Positions 27,868-31,942 of a DNA stretch of 31,942 nucleotides are shown here, piece by piece. A program made the position numbers and the translations under genes. This stretch comes from Paraspadella gotoi (lineage: Eukaryota > Animalia > Chaetognatha): assembly GCA_051294375.1 (NCBI GenBank), contig CM119267.1, positions 15,024,731 to 15,056,672 on the forward strand, given 5' to 3'. The notes under the pieces are model-generated. The model saw only the letters and a program-made list of their open reading frames with translations, was not told the origin of the DNA and searched no databases. How positions within the stretch are numbered: the first letter of the stretch is position 1; the number at the start of each line of letters is the position of its first letter.

Positions 27868-28389
27868 GAGAAGGAGAGAGAGAGAGAGAGAGGAGCAGAG
27901 AGAGAGGAGGAGAGAGAGAGAGAGAAGGCATATGAGGACGAGAAAAAAAAAAGGAAAAGAGAGAAGAGAAATAGAGGACGGGATAAGACGAGGGTGAAAT
28001 TAAGACTCCATTTCGATACGAGCTGGGGATACCATTGGGATTGACTGATCCTATGACTCATGAGATTAAATGTGAAATAATGTAAAAAACCTCTTTAAAA
28101 ACCTTTAACATTTTGATTATCTTGAGCTGAACTAAAATACAATCTGAAAAATATGACACAATTGTTTTTGCTTATAGCACTGATTTCTTAAATGAAATAA
28201 TTTTAATGATAAAATGTATATTTACAAAATAACAAGTTTGGTTGTTTTGAAGGCCCGAACGAGGGAGACAAAATATATGGTCGCAAAATCACTGTGAGGT
28301 TAATGTGAAATGAATATTTGACAAGTGTTGTTGAACCCGCCGCTTATGAGGTCGCATAAGAAATAAAGCGCGCACGAGAGAGAGAGATT

Positions 28390-28465
<76 letters not shown>

Positions 28466-28780
28466 AAAGGATTAAATGAAATTGTACAAAATATTTTAAT
28501 GTAAGAGATGTTTATTTTACAGGATAAAAGAGATGTAACTATATTCAGTATTCATTGGAAGTTAGTTTCATTCATTGCTTTCATCGCAGAACTTTTATTG
28601 ACAGATTTTTTATAATATTACCAGAAAAAAAAACACCGGGCGTACATATTACCATTATATCATTCTGTCATAACTTGAAAACGCCATCGACAGCTCGGAC
28701 AGAAAAGCTTTTACGCTAATAACCAAAAAAAATGCATAAATAGGAAAGATAAGAAAGTCAATCACATTGAGCATGAAAGA

Positions 28781-28820
<40 letters not shown>

Positions 28821-29182
28821 AGAGAAGGATGAGAGAGGAGAGAGAAGAGGGAGAGAGAGAGATAATTCATCAATTAATCAAGTAATTTAGCCTGTCACAT
28901 AGTGCGTAAAATTTTAAAAAGACTTTAGTCTCAGATGTTTGTTCCTCGGATTCAGAGTTCACGGGTCAGAGGTCAAAGGTTAGGCCTTTGCGGTCAAGGA
29001 TCGGGGGATAAGGGAGGCAAATCGGGGAGAAAGGGAAATCCATTGGCGCATGAGAGGAATTCATACAACGAGAAGCACATTGAAGACAATAAATAAACAA
29101 AAATTCTTTTGGGGAAATTTTCTATTCTTAGAAAAGAGAACATTGATTACAACTTTAGGAGTACAATCCTACTATCCCCATT

Positions 29183-29223
29183 ATATTCATATATTCATAT
29201 ATTCATATATTCATATATTCATA
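29183..29223. repeat. (ATATTCAT)5 8-bp tandem repeat
   Basis: Five consecutive copies. Confidence 0.9.
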
Positions 29224-30804
29224 ATATCAATATATTTTAAACATTTTATATCATTTGATTTGAAAATTTACTGCATTTTAAAACATGTCATTTTCGTAAG
29301 TATTCAAAATAAGACCATCAAATTATAAAGAGAAATCAAGTCATTCTCCTGTATTCGTTATACACCCTTCTTTTTTTTCGACCTTTCTTTACAAACAATT
29401 TCGAAAAAAAGGTATCCCTTAAAATTTATGACTCACCCATAAAAAAAAAAAAAAAACACGGTGAAATAAAATTGAGCGCGCGATCTCCATTTATCGCTCA
29501 AGGAGAAATCGGCCGTAAAGCAAAGAGGGAAAAATATTAATAAACAAGAAAGGAAAGGTTTTATACATTAACGTTCAGCAGATGTATGGAATATTTTAGG
29601 TGTATAACTATAACGTTATCACTTTGCTTGCCATTTTTTTTCCAGCCGATAGGCGAGAGAGCCGATCGATAATTTTAAAATTGTGAAAGATAAACTTCGC
29701 AATTTAAGGTTCGAGCGATGAAAAATTTATAATTATGATGTACTAGCTAAATAAATTTCAATTTTATATTTTACAACTATTTTACATACTAACTACAAGC
29801 TGATGAATGATATTTAACTTTTATTTACATAAAAATCCTTAGTTCGAAAGTAAACATTAAAAGATATAATAATTAAGCACCAGAACCGGGCCTCACGTTA
29901 TAAGAGAGATCGGGTCAGAATGCAATCATGGCGCGTAAAAAAAACTGCGCTTGGTAAACCAAGCGCTCCGTGAAATCAATCCTGACTACTTTTACGTCAA
30001 TTCCTTTTGTCGTAATACGAAGCGAAGAACTAAAAAAATAAATGACGTCGACTCTTTATCGGATTAAAACCTTTTTCAAGTCCATAAACCGATCAATTTA
30101 CTTTTCAAAACGTCACAGTCTTTTAAATATAATTGCTTTTTGCCATGGTTATTGGTTATACGCTCTTTTATAATTAAATTATTATTATTAAATTTCTGAC
30201 ATCAATAACTTTCAGCGGTTACCAAAAAAATGTTTACGTTTCAAGGAATACATCCTCCGAACAAAAGTTGCTCGCTCATTGCTCAAGCCCGGTTCGCAAT
30301 AATCAGACTTCGTCCTTCAACATGGCGTTAATTTCTCAGAGTTTACGTCTCTCGTTCCAACTAAATATATTTTCCATTTCTCCCCGTCCGGCCGTCTGTC
30401 GTCGCAGTCCTATATTGATTTAAAGCCCTCGCCTATTTTTTTTTCTCTCTCTCTCTCTTCTCATTGCAAGCGAGCGCGTGCCCGAGGCAGCCTCACCTGT
30501 CCCCCTCATATGAAAAATTACCTTAATCAACATCGTATATTTTCTTTCCCCTTTCCTTTTTTTTTTCCTTTTTGATATCTTTACAATCTTTATTTCCGCC
30601 ATCTTTATTTCGTCGTCTTCTTTTCCTACCTTCCAACTCCACTTCTTCCCGACTCCTTTCACCATTTCCCTCCTTCACTTTCCTCTTTTTCATCGTCTTT
30701 TTCATCGTCTTCCCTTTCATCTTTCGTATCCTCTTCCTCCTCTTCTTCCTCCTCTTTCCGCTTTTCCTCCTCCTTCATCTGTCTCACCGCTCTCTTGGAT
30801 TATT

Positions 30805-30857
30805 GGATGTAATTGATGTATTTGATGTATTTGATGTATTTGATGTATTTGATGTAG
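30805..30857. repeat. (TTGATGTAT)n 9-bp tandem repeat
   Basis: About 5-6 consecutive copies. Confidence 0.9.
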
Positions 30858-31909
30858 AGGAAAGGAATGAGAATTTCAAAGCAAATTACCTCACTCTTTT
30901 TTTCTCTTTCTTTTTTTTTCTCTTTTTTCTTTTTTTCTTTTTCTTTTGTTCTTTTTTTTTTCTTTCTTTCTTTCTATTCTTTCTTTCTTCTTTCTTTCTT
31001 TCTTTCTTTGTTTCTTTTTTCTTTGTTTCTTTCTTTGTTTCTTTCTATCTTTCTTTTCTTTTTTTTCTTTCTTTTCTTTCTTTTCTTTCTTTATATACTC
31101 TCTCTCTCTCTCTCTTTAATTTCCTTTTTGATTCCAAAGATTATAATATGAATAACCGTGGCACCGGTAAATAACAAAAAACTCAAACACGAAGCGTCCC
31201 ACTGGATAAAAAAAACACAACTCTGGGTCGAAAAATGATTTTCCATAATTAGTTTTCGACTTTTCGTCGCGAGTATAGATGTCGTGTCCGAACGTAGAAA
31301 TGAACGAAAATGAAGACGACGACGAATACGACGATAAAAGCGACAACTTCGCGGTTTAGCGTGACCGTATAAATTGTGTAGGGGAGGGGGGGAGGAAAGG
31401 AAAAAATTATAAATTTTATTTCGTCTCGCTGTCGTTGTTGTTGTTGTTGTTGTTGTTTTCGTCGTCGTCGAAATGAGGGAATATCTTTGGAAGAAGAACA
31501 AGTCTGCCGGATAAACACTATTAAACAGTGTCCGGAATCCGGGAGAAAAGGAGAGACAACAACCGCTTACAGATCTGGGGACGATGATTACGCTAGATTT
31601 ACATTTTCCTCGTATTAAAGTTATAACTAGTGATCATTACATTCTCCTTATTAATATTCAAAGTTCATGATACAGAGACGGGCGACTTGAGGTTGTCTCT
31701 TCGTAGCAACTTCGTGTCCCATTTCCGCAACTTCAATGCCGCAACTTCGTTGCCGCAACCAACGCAACCCATTCCACGTTAACCTTTTGCCGAAGTTTTC
31801 GACCTCCCGCCATTTTTTTCATTCCAAATGGAAATTGCAGTCTTTTCCCCGCGGATAAAACTTTTTTATATTTCCTATAATCTCTTTTCTCTCTCTCTCT
31901 CTCTCTCTC

Positions 31910-31942
<33 letters not shown>

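Overview
Eukaryotic, most likely invertebrate animal, genomic DNA. It has GT-AG introns, GC-rich exons in an AT-rich background, no visible CpG depletion, a very heavy load of simple repeats and a 20-N gap at 4178-4197. Three spliced genes can be reconstructed by hand. (1) The 3' two-thirds (6 exons, +) of a highly degenerate SLC6/NSS-family transporter whose 5' exons I could not find. (2) A complete 7-exon beta-tubulin (+, 452 aa) with substitutions in normally near-invariant nucleotide-binding motifs and a genetically encoded 16-Glu tail. (3) A convergent 2-exon GT10 alpha-1,3-fucosyltransferase (-) whose exon-1 motifs alternate between two reading frames. Most other ORFs in the track are microsatellite artefacts. 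Notable non-coding signals are several RFX X-boxes (one perfect palindrome with an ATTGG box 20 bp away, and one tandem triplet), repeated ACGTGGC motifs upstream of the fucosyltransferase, and a run of nuclear-receptor-like half-sites. I see no clearly new multi-gene system; the best leads are the divergent tubulin, the transporter-like protein and the orphan X-box clusters.
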